Below are positions 1 through 10,736 of a DNA stretch of 64,000 bases, one piece after another. The notes under the pieces were generated by a model. It was given only the letters and a program-made list of their open reading frames with translations. It ran no database searches and was not told the origin of the DNA. The translations under genes and the position numbers were made by a program. Within the stretch, counting starts at the first letter, position 1. The number at the start of each line of letters is the position of its first letter. Origin of the DNA: an uncultured Gemmatimonadales bacterium (GTDB lineage Bacteria; Gemmatimonadota; Gemmatimonadetes; Gemmatimonadales; GWC2-71-9); NCBI GenBank assembly GCA_963844445.1, contig CAWJOB010000002.1, positions 73,715-137,714 of the forward strand, in the 5' to 3' direction.

Positions 1-1310
<1,310 letters not shown>

Positions 1311-1315
1311 CACGG

Positions 1316-1344
1316 AAGCTAATCGAGAGCCAGAGTGGAGTCAA
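1316..1344 (-). promoter_or_regulatory. sigma70-type promoter of kdsB-pyrG, probably leaderless
   Basis: TTGACT (1344-1339), 17 bp, TAGCTT (1321-1316), then 5 nt to the ATG; no SD sequence. Confidence 0.65.
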
Positions 1345-1406
1345 AAGTCGTGCCTGAGGAAGCCGCAGGTCACTGGCTCTCAGGTATCAGCTTACAATCG
1401 AATGGC

Positions 1407-1988
1407 TTAGGCGGCGAGCTGGAGGAAGTTGGCGAGCAGGCGTTTCCCCGGTGCGGTGCCGACGGATTCGGGGTGAAACTGCACCCCATAGATGGGCAGA
1501 GACCGGTGACAGAGCGCCATGATCTCGGAGCCCGCCGGCTGATCGTCGGACCAGGCCGTCACCTCTAGGTCCTCGGGCAGGTTTTCGGGCGACACGACCA
1601 GCGAGTGGTATCGCATCGCCTCGAAGGGAGCCGGAATCCCGCGGAACAGCGGATGACCGGTGTGGGCGACCGGCGTAGTCTTCCCGTGCATGAGCCGGTC
1701 GGCGCGCACGACCCTACCCCCGAACGCCTCGCCGATCGCCTGATGTCCGAGGCAGACGCCGAGCACCGGCACGCGTCCGGCGGCGGCGCGGATCAAGGGC
1801 ACGGAGATACCGGCTTCGCGGGGTGTGCAGGGGCCGGGCGAGATGATGATGGCGGCGGGATGGAGCTCGAGGACGCCCTCGACGCTCAAGGCATCGTTCC
1901 GGTAGACTACCGGGTGGGCGCCCAACTCGCCGGCGTACTGGACGAGGTTGTAGGTAAAGCTGTCGTAGTTGTCCAGGACGAGGAGCAT
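1407..1988 (-). CDS. Glutamine amidotransferase, anthranilate/aminodeoxychorismate synthase component II (TrpG/PabA)
   Basis: [44 protein letters not shown]; TrpG and PabA cannot be told apart here. Confidence 0.95.
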   Translation of the reverse strand: MLLVLDNYDSFTYNLVQYAGELGAHPVVYRNDALSVEGVLELHPAAIIISPGPCTPREAGISVPLIRAAAGRVPVLGVCLGHQAIGEAFGGRVVRADRLMHGKTTPVAHTGHPLFRGIPAPFEAMRYHSLVVSPENLPEDLEVTAWSDDQPAGSEIMALCHRSLPIYGVQFHPESVGTAPGKRLLANFLQLAA

Positions 1989-2000
1989 CGTCCGCGGAAG

Positions 2001-2696
2001 CTATTGCGAATCGGCCTCCTCCGCTATCTGCTTGCGCGCCTCGGTTCGGATCGAGTCGCGAAACTTCCGGGTGGAGGCGCGAATGGAATCGGCCCGCCCC
2101 ACTTCGCGCGCCACTGCTGCTTCGATCGAGTCGGCATTGGGCACGGTGATCTCCGCGGACGAATCCCCCGCGCTGGCCCGCGCGGAGTCGACCGCGAATT
2201 CGAGCTCCTGGAGCTCCTTGACCACCTCGGCGGGGATCAGCAACGGCACCTCGACGTCGCCCGGGCTGAAAGTGGCGACACCGTACTCGACGAGATCGGG
2301 TGGGGTGGAATCCCCCGGCAAGCAGCGGAATGCCCCGTCGTGGTCCCGGTTGACCCGGATGTTGACGCCATCGTGCGTGCTGTCGCCCTCGAAGTTGGCG
2401 GCGAGGCGGCAACCGGACAGACCCTGGGCGAATAGGGAGTCGGTGAGCTTCACCGCCAACTCGACGTCGGTCACGTGGGAGGGAGATTCCCGGTTCAAGG
2501 TCACGTGATCGAGGTTGCCGAGCCGTTCCCCCGCGAGCACGAACGGGATGAGGCCGAGCGGGATGGTGATGGGCCCGCTGCCCTCGACCACGCTGTGGAC
2601 CTTGGCGATGCCGCCCCGGACGATGCTGACGCCGATCATCCCGACGGCAAAGATGCCGAGGGCTCCCAACAGGATTCTTAGCCAGTAGTTGCGCAT
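2001..2696 (-). CDS. Hypothetical protein with N-terminal membrane anchor
   Basis: MRNYWLRILLGALGIFAVGMIGVSIV hydrophobic N-terminus, GGAG upstream, charged helical C-terminus; no family recognised. Confidence 0.7.
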   Translation of the reverse strand: MRNYWLRILLGALGIFAVGMIGVSIVRGGIAKVHSVVEGSGPITIPLGLIPFVLAGERLGNLDHVTLNRESPSHVTDVELAVKLTDSLFAQGLSGCRLAANFEGDSTHDGVNIRVNRDHDGAFRCLPGDSTPPDLVEYGVATFSPGDVEVPLLIPAEVVKELQELEFAVDSARASAGDSSAEITVPNADSIEAAVAREVGRADSIRASTRKFRDSIRTEARKQIAEEADSQ

Positions 2697-2808
2697 AGGT
2701 TCACTCCGAGCGATACGGGCCAGGATCCCGGACAGAGGCCCGCGGGAAGCGGCCCCAAGGCCATAGAATGTTTCAACTAGAGACGCCAAGAGGCAAGGGA
2801 AAGTTTCA

Positions 2809-3546
2809 GTGATCGAAGCTCAGGGCCTTCACAAGGTGTACGGCGACCTCGCCGCGGTCCAGGACCTCTCGTTCCGGGTGCTACCCGGGGAGGTGGTCGG
2901 GCTGGTGGGGCCGAACGGCGCGGGAAAGACGACCACCCTCCATTGCTTGGCTGGCATCACGGTTCCCACCCGGGGCCTGATCCAGGTGGCCGGTCATGAC
3001 CTTGCGGCCGATCCGGTGGCGGCGAAGTCCGCACTCGCCTTCGTGCCCGATGAGCCGCACCTCTTCGAATACCTCACCGTAGCGGAGCACCTCCGCTTCG
3101 TGGCTAGGCTTTATCAGGTGGCGGATGTCGAGCGACGGGTGCCCGGTGTGCTGCGGGAGATGGAGCTGGAGGGCCGGCACGGCGCACTTCCGGAGGAGCT
3201 CTCCCGAGGCATGAAGCAGAAGCTGGCGATCGCTTGCGCCCTCATTCACGATCCGAAGGCCCTCCTCCTGGACGAGCCGCTCACCGGCCTCGATCCCGTC
3301 GGCATCCGGCGGATGAAGGCGACCATCCTGGACCATGCCCGGGCAGGCGCCGCGGTGATCTTGAGCTCGCATCTCCTGCACCTGGTCGAAGAGATCTGCA
3401 CTCGGGTTCTGATCATGCGGCGCGGGCGCGTGCTCGCCTTCGGCACCATCGCAGAGATCGTCGCCGCACGGCCGGATCTCGCGGGTCTCAAGCTGGAAGA
3501 GGTGTTCCTCGGGCTGGTCGGCCAGGACGGTTCGGACGGGACGTGA
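2809..3546 (+). CDS. ABC transporter ATP-binding protein (ABC-2/CcmA-like)
   Basis: Walker A GPNGAGKTT, signature LSRGMKQK, Walker B LLLDEP, H-loop SSH. Confidence 0.95.
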   Translation: MIEAQGLHKVYGDLAAVQDLSFRVLPGEVVGLVGPNGAGKTTTLHCLAGITVPTRGLIQVAGHDLAADPVAAKSALAFVPDEPHLFEYLTVAEHLRFVARLYQVADVERRVPGVLREMELEGRHGALPEELSRGMKQKLAIACALIHDPKALLLDEPLTGLDPVGIRRMKATILDHARAGAAVILSSHLLHLVEEICTRVLIMRRGRVLAFGTIAEIVAARPDLAGLKLEEVFLGLVGQDGSDGT

Positions 3547-5252
3547 CCGGTCCTCTGGGTTATCTCACGATCCGATCGACCCGCAACCGGCTCGCCCGAC
3601 AGGTCCGGCGCCTGCGCACACCGCGCTACGCGCTCGCCCTCGTCCTGGGCCTGGCCTACCTCTGGTACATCGGTGTCAGACAGCGGCCTGGCTCCGGGCC
3701 TACGGACGTGAGCCCCGCGACGCTGGAGCTTCTAGCGGCGGCAGGAGTGACGGCCGTTCTCCTGTGGGCCTGGATCTTCGGCGCGGATCGAAGGGCGCTG
3801 GCCTTCTCGCGCGCGGAGGTGACCTGGCTCTTCCCCGCTCCGGTCACGCGCCGGCAGCTCATCCAATACAAGCTGCTCCGCGGCCAGGTCGTCATCCTGT
3901 TCAACGTTCTCCTCTGGACCTTTCTGCTCTCCGGGGGCTGGGCCGGCGCCGGACCATGGAGGCGGGCGGGCGCCATCTGGATCCTGCTCACCACCCTCGC
4001 CCTGCATCGCCTCGGTGTCGCGCTGTTCCGGAGCAGCCTCCTGGAGCACGGGACCGTGGCCATCCGGGCCCGCGCGGTCACACTGACGCTGGTGGGGATA
4101 GCGGCCACCGCGATACTGGTGGATGTGATCCAGGCCGCGCCGCTTCTCAACCGTGCGTGGGAGCTCGGTCTGAGGGAGTTCTTCGCGACCGCACAGGCCG
4201 TCACGGGACGTCCCGTACCGGCTGCCCTGCTGCTCCCTGGGCGACTTCTGACACGGCCGATGCTCGCGACCGGCTGGACCGAGTGGGGACGGACCCTGGT
4301 CCCGGCGATGGCGATCCTGTTGGCGCACTACGTCTGGGTGGTGCGATCCGATGCCGCTTTCGAGGAGTCCGCCGCGGCGGCGGCGCTGGCGAGGCACCAC
4401 GCCGGACGCCACTCCGGCCGGCCTCGGCGGCTCAGCGCGCGGCCGATTCCCCGACTGGCCACGGCGGGCTGGCCCGGAGGGGCTCTGCTATGGAAGAATG
4501 TCGCGTTCGTCATCCGCACCGGTCGTGCGAGAGGACTGGTACTGGCGTTCGCGGCGGCGGCGCTCGCCGTCGGACTCCTCTCGGCCGGCGGGCGAAGCGC
4601 CGCACTGCTGGAGATCGTGGGATGGCTGGCGGCGATGTGGGCGGGTTTCCTGCTGGTGCTGGGCCCGCAGTGGGTGAGGAACGATCTTCGAACCGATCTC
4701 GCGAGACTGGCGCTGCTGCGCAGCTATCCATTGCGGGGCAGAACGGTCGTGGGCGCAGAGACTGCCGGCTCGACCGCGGTCCTGACGGCCCTGCAGCTCG
4801 GGCTCGTCGGCATCGCCTATCTGGCATTCTGGGGCGGCGCCGTCTCGGAGCCGTCGCCCACGGTGCGAGCGGCGGTGCTCGCGGCGGCGGTGGTTTTCTT
4901 GCCGCCCATCAACTATCTCGCGATGCTGATCCAGAACGGGGCCGCGCTCCTGCTGCCCGCGTGGGCTCGCCTCGGCACGGACCGGCCCATCGGCGTCGAG
5001 GCCCTGGGCCACAACATGCTGGTGATGTCGGCATTCCTGGTGATCCTGGCGATTCTACTCGTGGCCCCCACCGCCGCTGCGGGAGCGGTCTTCGTCGGGC
5101 TCGAGCCGGCCATAGGCTGGTGGGCGGCGGGCCCGGCATCCGCGGCCGCGCTCATCGTCACCGCGCTGGAGGCGGGGTGGCTGTTGGCTCGGCTCGGGCA
5201 GGTGTTCGAGGCGACCGACCCGTCATCGGTGTCACCAGTCGAATCAACCTGA
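3543..5252 (+). CDS. Putative ABC exporter permease (multi-pass membrane protein)
   Basis: GTG start overlaps the ATPase stop (GTGA); many hydrophobic segments; FSRAEVTWLFPAPVTRRQLIQYKL and LLRSYPL halves typical of ABC-2 permeases. Confidence 0.8.
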   Translation: MTGPLGYLTIRSTRNRLARQVRRLRTPRYALALVLGLAYLWYIGVRQRPGSGPTDVSPATLELLAAAGVTAVLLWAWIFGADRRALAFSRAEVTWLFPAPVTRRQLIQYKLLRGQVVILFNVLLWTFLLSGGWAGAGPWRRAGAIWILLTTLALHRLGVALFRSSLLEHGTVAIRARAVTLTLVGIAATAILVDVIQAAPLLNRAWELGLREFFATAQAVTGRPVPAALLLPGRLLTRPMLATGWTEWGRTLVPAMAILLAHYVWVVRSDAAFEESAAAAALARHHAGRHSGRPRRLSARPIPRLATAGWPGGALLWKNVAFVIRTGRARGLVLAFAAAALAVGLLSAGGRSAALLEIVGWLAAMWAGFLLVLGPQWVRNDLRTDLARLALLRSYPLRGRTVVGAETAGSTAVLTALQLGLVGIAYLAFWGGAVSEPSPTVRAAVLAAAVVFLPPINYLAMLIQNGAALLLPAWARLGTDRPIGVEALGHNMLVMSAFLVILAILLVAPTAAAGAVFVGLEPAIGWWAAGPASAAALIVTALEAGWLLARLGQVFEATDPSSVSPVEST

Positions 5253-5301
5253 ACAGCTGGCGCTATTCACTCTGGCGGCGGTGCCATCGGTCCGCGATCG
5301 G

Positions 5302-6276
5302 TCATCGCGCCTCCAGGTACCGCTTCCGAATCTTGGCCACGACCGAGTAGGCCGGATCCACGATGTTGGCCACCGTGCTCTCACCGACTTGCCCAACCAG
5401 CGTATAGGCGTCCAGCCGGTCGAAGCCGTACTCCTGCTCCATCCACTCGATCAGCTCGACGTGGGCTAGGCGGAACGCGTCGATGAGCGGCCGGCCGCTC
5501 CCGACGACCATGATATGGTCTCGATCCTCCAGCCTCGGCCAGTCGATGGTCCTGCCCTTGACCACTTCGATCTTCAGGACGACATCCATACTCGTCTCGA
5601 GACCGGTGCCCGCCACTTCCCCGTGGCCCTGTCGGGCGTGGCCGTCACCAAAGTAGAAATACGCGCCATCGTGGAAGACCGGCAGGTAAACCGTGGTCCC
5701 TTCCCGCACCTCCTGCGCGTCCATGTTCCCGCCGAAGTCTCCCGGCCACAGCCCGGCGAACGCCTCCTCGCCGCGAGGAGCGACGGCCACGCGCCCCAGC
5801 ATCGGCTGAAGATCGATCTCCATCCGCTTCACCCTGCTGTTCGGCATGTCGGTGACTCCCACCATACGAACGGTGTCGAGCCGCCAGAGGTAGCGCCGGG
5901 GCTTGATCGGCTCGTTCAGGAGGCGGACCCGGCTGTCGCTGGCGAGTCCTCCGAAGTCGGAGTACACCCGTGAAGCCGCCAGGCCGTGATTCGGGCGCAC
6001 CTTGATGATCTGGATCTTGAGCATGTCCCGGGTTGTCGCGCCCTCGATGAAGATGGGGCCGACCTCTCCCGGAAACGCTCCCCCTGCCTCGCTGTAATAG
6101 GCGCCGAAATGGGTTCTGCTCACGAGCACGGTCCCCGGACGAACCCGGAGCACCGGCTCCCGCACTGCGAAGGTGGGCTGTTGGACCGTGGGGTTGAACC
6201 GGACCGTGTCCTGCGCGGGGAGCGAGGCGGGAACGAGCAGCAAGAGCAGCAAGAGCAGCACACACAACCGGATCAT
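5302..6276 (-). CDS. Acetamidase/formamidase family protein with signal peptide
   Basis: GPIFIEGA, GGNMD, YLPVFHDGAYFYFGDGHARQGHGEVAGTGLE motifs; poly-Leu signal peptide; GAGGAGG SD. Confidence 0.88.
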   Translation of the reverse strand: MIRLCVLLLLLLLLVPASLPAQDTVRFNPTVQQPTFAVREPVLRVRPGTVLVSRTHFGAYYSEAGGAFPGEVGPIFIEGATTRDMLKIQIIKVRPNHGLAASRVYSDFGGLASDSRVRLLNEPIKPRRYLWRLDTVRMVGVTDMPNSRVKRMEIDLQPMLGRVAVAPRGEEAFAGLWPGDFGGNMDAQEVREGTTVYLPVFHDGAYFYFGDGHARQGHGEVAGTGLETSMDVVLKIEVVKGRTIDWPRLEDRDHIMVVGSGRPLIDAFRLAHVELIEWMEQEYGFDRLDAYTLVGQVGESTVANIVDPAYSVVAKIRKRYLEAR

Positions 6277-6324
6277 GAGAGTGCCTCCTCGACATCTAGG
6301 TCGGGTGGTCCGGATCACGACATC

Positions 6325-7248
6325 TCAGCCGCGGGGGTGAAACTGCTTGTGAACGGAGCGGAGGTATTCGCGATCCACGTGGGTGTAGATCTGCGTGGTG
6401 GAGAGGTCCGCATGGCCGAGCATCTCCTGCACGGCGCGCAGGTCGGCGCCGCCCTCGAGCAAGTGGGTCGCGAAGCTGTGTCGCAGAGTATGCGGGGTGA
6501 CCCGCTTCCGGATGCCGGCACGTTCGGCCGCGCGTTTCACGATACCCCATGCCCCGACCCGGGACAGCGGCTCGCCTCTCGCGTTCAGCAGCACTCGTCC
6601 GCCGCTCTTCCCACGGTCCAGTGTCGGACGGAGCGAGTGCAGGTAGACCGACACCGCGCCAATGATGGAGCGTCCGATGGGGACCAGCCGCTGCTTGCCC
6701 CCCTTTCCCACAATCCGGACCAGGCTCTCGGGCAGCAGCAGATCGGTGAGGAGGAGACCGCAGAGCTCCGACACACGGAGTCCCGCCCCGTAGCCCAGCT
6801 CCAGCAGCGCCCGGTCGCGCCAGCCGAGCGGATCGTCGATGCCCGGAGCGCCGATCAGAGACTCCACCTCCCGCACGCTCAACGTGTCCGGCAGGGTTCG
6901 ACCGCGCCGCGGTGTCTCCAGCCGATCGCTCGGATCCGCGGCGACTCGGCCCTCCCCCACCAGGAACCCGTAGTATGTCCGGATCGCGGACACTTCTCGC
7001 CGGATCGTCGCGGCGCTGAGCCCGAGGTCCTTCAGCAGATACACGAAGTCCCGGAGCAGCGGACGGCCGACCCGGGCTGGATCGCGCACCCCCCGGGAGA
7101 ACGCGAACTCGCCCATGCGGCGCAGATCGCGAAGGTACGCCTCGACGGTGTTGGGACTGTGCCCTGCCTCGAGGGAGAGGAAGTCACGGAAACCCTCGAG
7201 CCAGAAATCCCGGTCGATCTGATCCCGGACCGCCGGCGGCGCCGTCAT
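6325..7248 (-). CDS. xerD: Tyrosine recombinase XerD
   Basis: SPNTVEAYLRDL, RDRALLEL..GLRVSEL, GKGGKQRLVP, HTLRHSFATHLLEGGADLRAVQEMLGHADLSTTQIY, HPR C-terminus. Confidence 0.9.
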   Translation of the reverse strand: MTAPPAVRDQIDRDFWLEGFRDFLSLEAGHSPNTVEAYLRDLRRMGEFAFSRGVRDPARVGRPLLRDFVYLLKDLGLSAATIRREVSAIRTYYGFLVGEGRVAADPSDRLETPRRGRTLPDTLSVREVESLIGAPGIDDPLGWRDRALLELGYGAGLRVSELCGLLLTDLLLPESLVRIVGKGGKQRLVPIGRSIIGAVSVYLHSLRPTLDRGKSGGRVLLNARGEPLSRVGAWGIVKRAAERAGIRKRVTPHTLRHSFATHLLEGGADLRAVQEMLGHADLSTTQIYTHVDREYLRSVHKQFHPRG

Positions 7249-8315
7249 TCCTCTCGCCGAGTCCGGAGCCGCTGGCGCACTTCGGCCGCCTCGGCGGGCC
7301 CGACGCCGAGCAGCTCCGCGGCGACCGCCATCAGGCGGTCCTCCTGGGCACCGATGGCGCCGTCACCGAACGCGACGGTCCACATCCTCTCCACCAATTC
7401 CAGACGCTGGGCCCGGCCGAAACGTTGTCCGAGCCGGCCAGCGTAGAGCGCGAACCGGGTCCGGCGCTCCTCCTCCGGGGCCGGCTCCGACAACGACCGG
7501 CCCGACGCGAGGCCCCAGCGCTCGCGCAGGTGTCCGGCGACCAGCTCGCGGTCCTCGGGTGTGAGCACCGGATCGGCATAGGCCAGCTCGAGCACCAGGA
7601 GCGCCGCCGCCTCCCGAGCGGATCCTTCGGCGATATCGGTTCCCTGAAGGAAGGACGGCGCCGCGGGGTCGAGTGCGTCCCGGGTTGCGTGCCACAGCCG
7701 CTCCCGGGCCCGCCGGCGCCGGCTGGCCCAGTACCACGCTGCGCCCGAGGCAACCAGGACGAGGGTGATGATGCCCATCGTCCGGTTCACGCCCTCGAGG
7801 ATGCCGACGATCCGCGTCCAGTTGGCGCCGATCAGCGAGCCCACCAGGGTGATCCCGCCGTACCAGATCGCGGACGCGAGGGCCATCGGGACGAAGGTTC
7901 TCACCGCCCCGAGGCGTACCAGGCCCGCGAAGGGCGGCACCACCGCTCTGATGCCGGGAAGAAATCGGCTGATGAAAATGCCGGCGATCCCGAATCGGAG
8001 ATACTCGCGCTCGATCACGGCCAGCGACCGGGGCGCGAGCAGGCGCCGGCCGGTACCGCTGGCGAACAGCCGGTGACCGAAGCGGCGTGCCGCCAGATAG
8101 ACCAGCCCGGCGCCGGCGAGGTTGGAGGTCCAGGTGACGAGGAAGACGAGGAGCGGAGTGGTGACTCCGCGCTGGGAGAGGAACGCCCCCAGCGCAACCG
8201 CCGCATCGGAGGGCACCGGCGGTACGACATTCTCCACAGCCGCGAGGAGGGCGAGGACGCCGTAGACCGCCGCCGGGTGAAGGTTCGAGACCCAGTCCAG
8301 CAGGGCTTCGATCAG
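7245..8315 (-). CDS. DedA (VTT) family membrane protein fused to a C-terminal TerB-like domain; probable CTG start
   Basis: ENVVPPVPSD and SRFLPGIRAVVPPFAG (DedA); ELAYAD...MWTVAFGDGAIGAQEDRL (TerB-like); frame stays open upstream of 8237 to a CTG at 8315 overlapping the ispF stop. Confidence 0.82.
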   Translation of the reverse strand: MIEALLDWVSNLHPAAVYGVLALLAAVENVVPPVPSDAAVALGAFLSQRGVTTPLLVFLVTWTSNLAGAGLVYLAARRFGHRLFASGTGRRLLAPRSLAVIEREYLRFGIAGIFISRFLPGIRAVVPPFAGLVRLGAVRTFVPMALASAIWYGGITLVGSLIGANWTRIVGILEGVNRTMGIITLVLVASGAAWYWASRRRRARERLWHATRDALDPAAPSFLQGTDIAEGSAREAAALLVLELAYADPVLTPEDRELVAGHLRERWGLASGRSLSEPAPEEERRTRFALYAGRLGQRFGRAQRLELVERMWTVAFGDGAIGAQEDRLMAVAAELLGVGPAEAAEVRQRLRTRREE

Positions 8316-8785
8316 CGTGCCTCCAGCACCGCGACGGCTATCACGGCCAGCCCTTCACCCCTTCCGATGAATCCCATCCCCTCGTTCGTCTTGGCCTTCA
8401 CGCCGATCGCGCCGGGCGGCACGCCGAGCCTGCCGGCGAGGGACGCCGCCATGGCGGGGAGGTGGGGACCGAGTCTAGGCGCCTCGGTGATGACCGTGAG
8501 GTCGGCCTGCACCAGCGAGTGTCCGCGCCCCCGCACCAGCTCGTGCGCGGTGCGCAGGAGCTCCATCGAGTCAGCGTCCTTCCATCGGGGATCGCTGTCG
8601 GGAAAGAGCTGGCCAAGGTTGCCGGCGGCCGCCGCGCCCAAGATGGCGTCTGCCAGCGCGTGGGCTACCGCGTCCGCGTCGGAATGGCCGGCGAGGCCGC
8701 GCTCTCCGGGTATCGGCACTCCCGCGAGGATCAGTGGGCGCGCGCTAGTGAAGCGGTGGGAGTCGTAGCCGATGCCGACCCTCAT
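8312..8785 (-). CDS. ispF: 2-C-methyl-D-erythritol 2,4-cyclodiphosphate synthase
   Basis: RVGIGYDSHRF, GHSDADAVAHALADAILGA, KAKTNEGMGFIGRGEG. Confidence 0.97.
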   Translation of the reverse strand: MRVGIGYDSHRFTSARPLILAGVPIPGERGLAGHSDADAVAHALADAILGAAAAGNLGQLFPDSDPRWKDADSMELLRTAHELVRGRGHSLVQADLTVITEAPRLGPHLPAMAASLAGRLGVPPGAIGVKAKTNEGMGFIGRGEGLAVIAVAVLEAR

Positions 8786-9840
8786 GCCGCCGCGATCTCC
8801 TCGAGCACCGTGTAATCCTGCCGTCGCCGCCGCGGCTGGTATCCGGCGTCCCGGATGATGCGGTCGATCTCGCCCAGTGTGGTCCGGTAGGTGGTGCCCG
8901 CCGCCGACACGACGTTCTCCTCCATCATCAGGCTGCCGTAGTCGTTGGCTCCGAACCGGAGGGCGATCTGCCCGACCTTGTGTCCCATGGTGACCCAGGA
9001 GGACTGGAGGTTGGGCACGTTGTCGAGCACCACCCGGGCGAGCGCGAGGGTGCGGAGATAGGTGACCGCGTCGGTCTTCTGGTAGTGCGACATCTCCGGC
9101 GTTCCCTCGGGCTGCAGAGGCCAGCAGATGAACGCGGTGAAGCCGCCGGTGCGGGCCTGGAGCTCGCGCACGCGAAACAGGTGCTCCAGCCGGTCCGCGA
9201 GGCTCTCACCTAGGCCGTACATCATGGTGACGGAGGTCTTCATTCCCTGGCGGTGCGCCTCTTCCTGCACGCCCAGCCACTCCTCGGTCTGGGCCTTCTT
9301 CTTGGCCACCCGCTCCCGGATCGCGTCCACCAGGATCTCGCCGCCCCCGCCTGGGATGCTGTCGAGCCCCGCCGCCCGCAGCTCGCGGACCACGTCGGAC
9401 ACCGTGAGGCCGAACCGTTCGCTGAAAAACACCACCTCGCTCGGGGAGAAGCCGTGGATGTGAATCGGGTGGTTGCGCTTGATGTAGCGCATCAGCTCGA
9501 GGTACCACTCGAACGGGATGTAGGGGTTGTGGCCTCCCTGAAGGAGGATCTGAACCCCGCCGATGGCCTTGCATTCGTCGATCTTGGCGCCGATCTCCTC
9601 GAAGCTCAGCACGTACCCTTCGGCGTGGCGAGGGCGGCGATAGAATGCGCAGAACTTGCAGTCCGCCACGCAGACGTTGGTGTAGTTGATGTTCCGGTCG
9701 ATGATATAGGTGACGACGCTCTCCGGGTGCTGCCGCCACCGCTCGGTGTCGGCGAGCTCGCCGAGCTCGAGAAGAGGGGCGCGCTCGTAGAGCTCGAGCA
9801 GGCTCTTGAATTCACTTGAGGTGCGGTCCACAACACTCAT
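8782..9840 (-). CDS. mqnC: Cyclic dehypoxanthine futalosine synthase (radical SAM)
   Basis: VTYIIDRNINYTNVCVADCKFC, ILLQGGH, PGGGGEIL, NLQSSWVT, FGANDYGSLMMEENVVSAAG; next to mqnA and mqnE. Confidence 0.92.
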   Translation of the reverse strand: MSVVDRTSSEFKSLLELYERAPLLELGELADTERWRQHPESVVTYIIDRNINYTNVCVADCKFCAFYRRPRHAEGYVLSFEEIGAKIDECKAIGGVQILLQGGHNPYIPFEWYLELMRYIKRNHPIHIHGFSPSEVVFFSERFGLTVSDVVRELRAAGLDSIPGGGGEILVDAIRERVAKKKAQTEEWLGVQEEAHRQGMKTSVTMMYGLGESLADRLEHLFRVRELQARTGGFTAFICWPLQPEGTPEMSHYQKTDAVTYLRTLALARVVLDNVPNLQSSWVTMGHKVGQIALRFGANDYGSLMMEENVVSAAGTTYRTTLGEIDRIIRDAGYQPRRRRQDYTVLEEIAAA

Positions 9841-9860
9841 AGTTGCAATCCCTTACGTAT

Positions 9861-9910
9861 GGTCACCCAGCGCTCCCAAAGCGAGACTCCGCACTGTGCC
9901 CGGGATGACC
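9861..9910. repeat. 50-bp REP-like palindromic element, copy 1 (mqnA-mqnC spacer)
   Basis: Ends GGTCA...TGACC; the core on the minus strand matches 62316-62338 at 17/23 positions. Confidence 0.5.
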
Positions 9911-9914
9911 CTGC

Positions 9915-10736
9915 CTACGCCGCCGAGATGAACGACAGCGACCCATCGGGGACCAGTCCCTCCTGCGCCAGCCGCCGAAAGAAATCGGTAAGCCCGGCCA
10001 AGTGACGATATGAGAGCGCGTAGTCGAGGTCGCCGAGATACTCGCGGCATGCGTGCTCGGATACCCCGGTGCGGCGGTTCGCTTCCCGCGCCAGCTCGTC
10101 AAGGTGCGTGAGGCCCCACGCCCGCGACTCCAGGAGGCCCCGGTGCACCGCCTGCACCGCCGTCCCGCGCGCGTCGCGGCGTGAGGCCCAGACGGCGAAG
10201 ACGAAGGGGAGCCCCGTCCACTCCTTCCAAGCCTCCCCGAGGTCCACTCGCACCGGATATCGAGCCTGCGCGGCCAACAGCAGGGCCGCATCGCCGATCA
10301 CCAGCACCGCCTCGTGCGGCAGACCCTCGAGCGCGGCGAGGTCGGCGGCCTCCGCGCGCGCGGAGGCGAAGTGAGGGCGCACGCCCCATCGGTGCCGGCA
10401 GAGAAGATCGAGCAGGAGCACCGAGGTGCGGGAGGACGCGGTGACCAGGATGGTCCTGCGGTCGAGCTCGGGGATCGGACGGCGGGAGAACAGCGCCACA
10501 CTGTGGACCGGTCCGTCGCAGGTGATGGCCAGATCGGGCAGGAGGTGGTATTCGGCGGCGTTTCGCGCGTACTCGACCGCCGACACCACGCTTACCTGGA
10601 GCTCGCCCGCGGCCAGGAGGTCGTTCAGCTCGGACGCGGTTCCGGTCACCAAGTTGGCCGGTACGCTCACCAGTCCACGGTCGATGGCCGCATAGACCGG
10701 ATAGCAGTTGATCCAGGGGATGCGGCCGAGCTTCAT
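9915..10736 (-). CDS. mqnA: Chorismate dehydratase (futalosine pathway)
   Basis: LGRIPWINCYPV, GPVHSVALFS, SSRTSVLL, LVIGDAAL, DLGEAWKEWTGLPFVFAVW. Confidence 0.93.
   Translation of the reverse strand: MKLGRIPWINCYPVYAAIDRGLVSVPANLVTGTASELNDLLAAGELQVSVVSAVEYARNAAEYHLLPDLAITCDGPVHSVALFSRRPIPELDRRTILVTASSRTSVLLLDLLCRHRWGVRPHFASARAEAADLAALEGLPHEAVLVIGDAALLLAAQARYPVRVDLGEAWKEWTGLPFVFAVWASRRDARGTAVQAVHRGLLESRAWGLTHLDELAREANRRTGVSEHACREYLGDLDYALSYRHLAGLTDFFRRLAQEGLVPDGSLSFISAA

Noticed and set aside
6325..7248. Tyrosine recombinase as a mobile-element integrase
   Set aside because: Sequence is typical XerD, embedded among core genes; no att repeats, tRNA or cargo boundary seen
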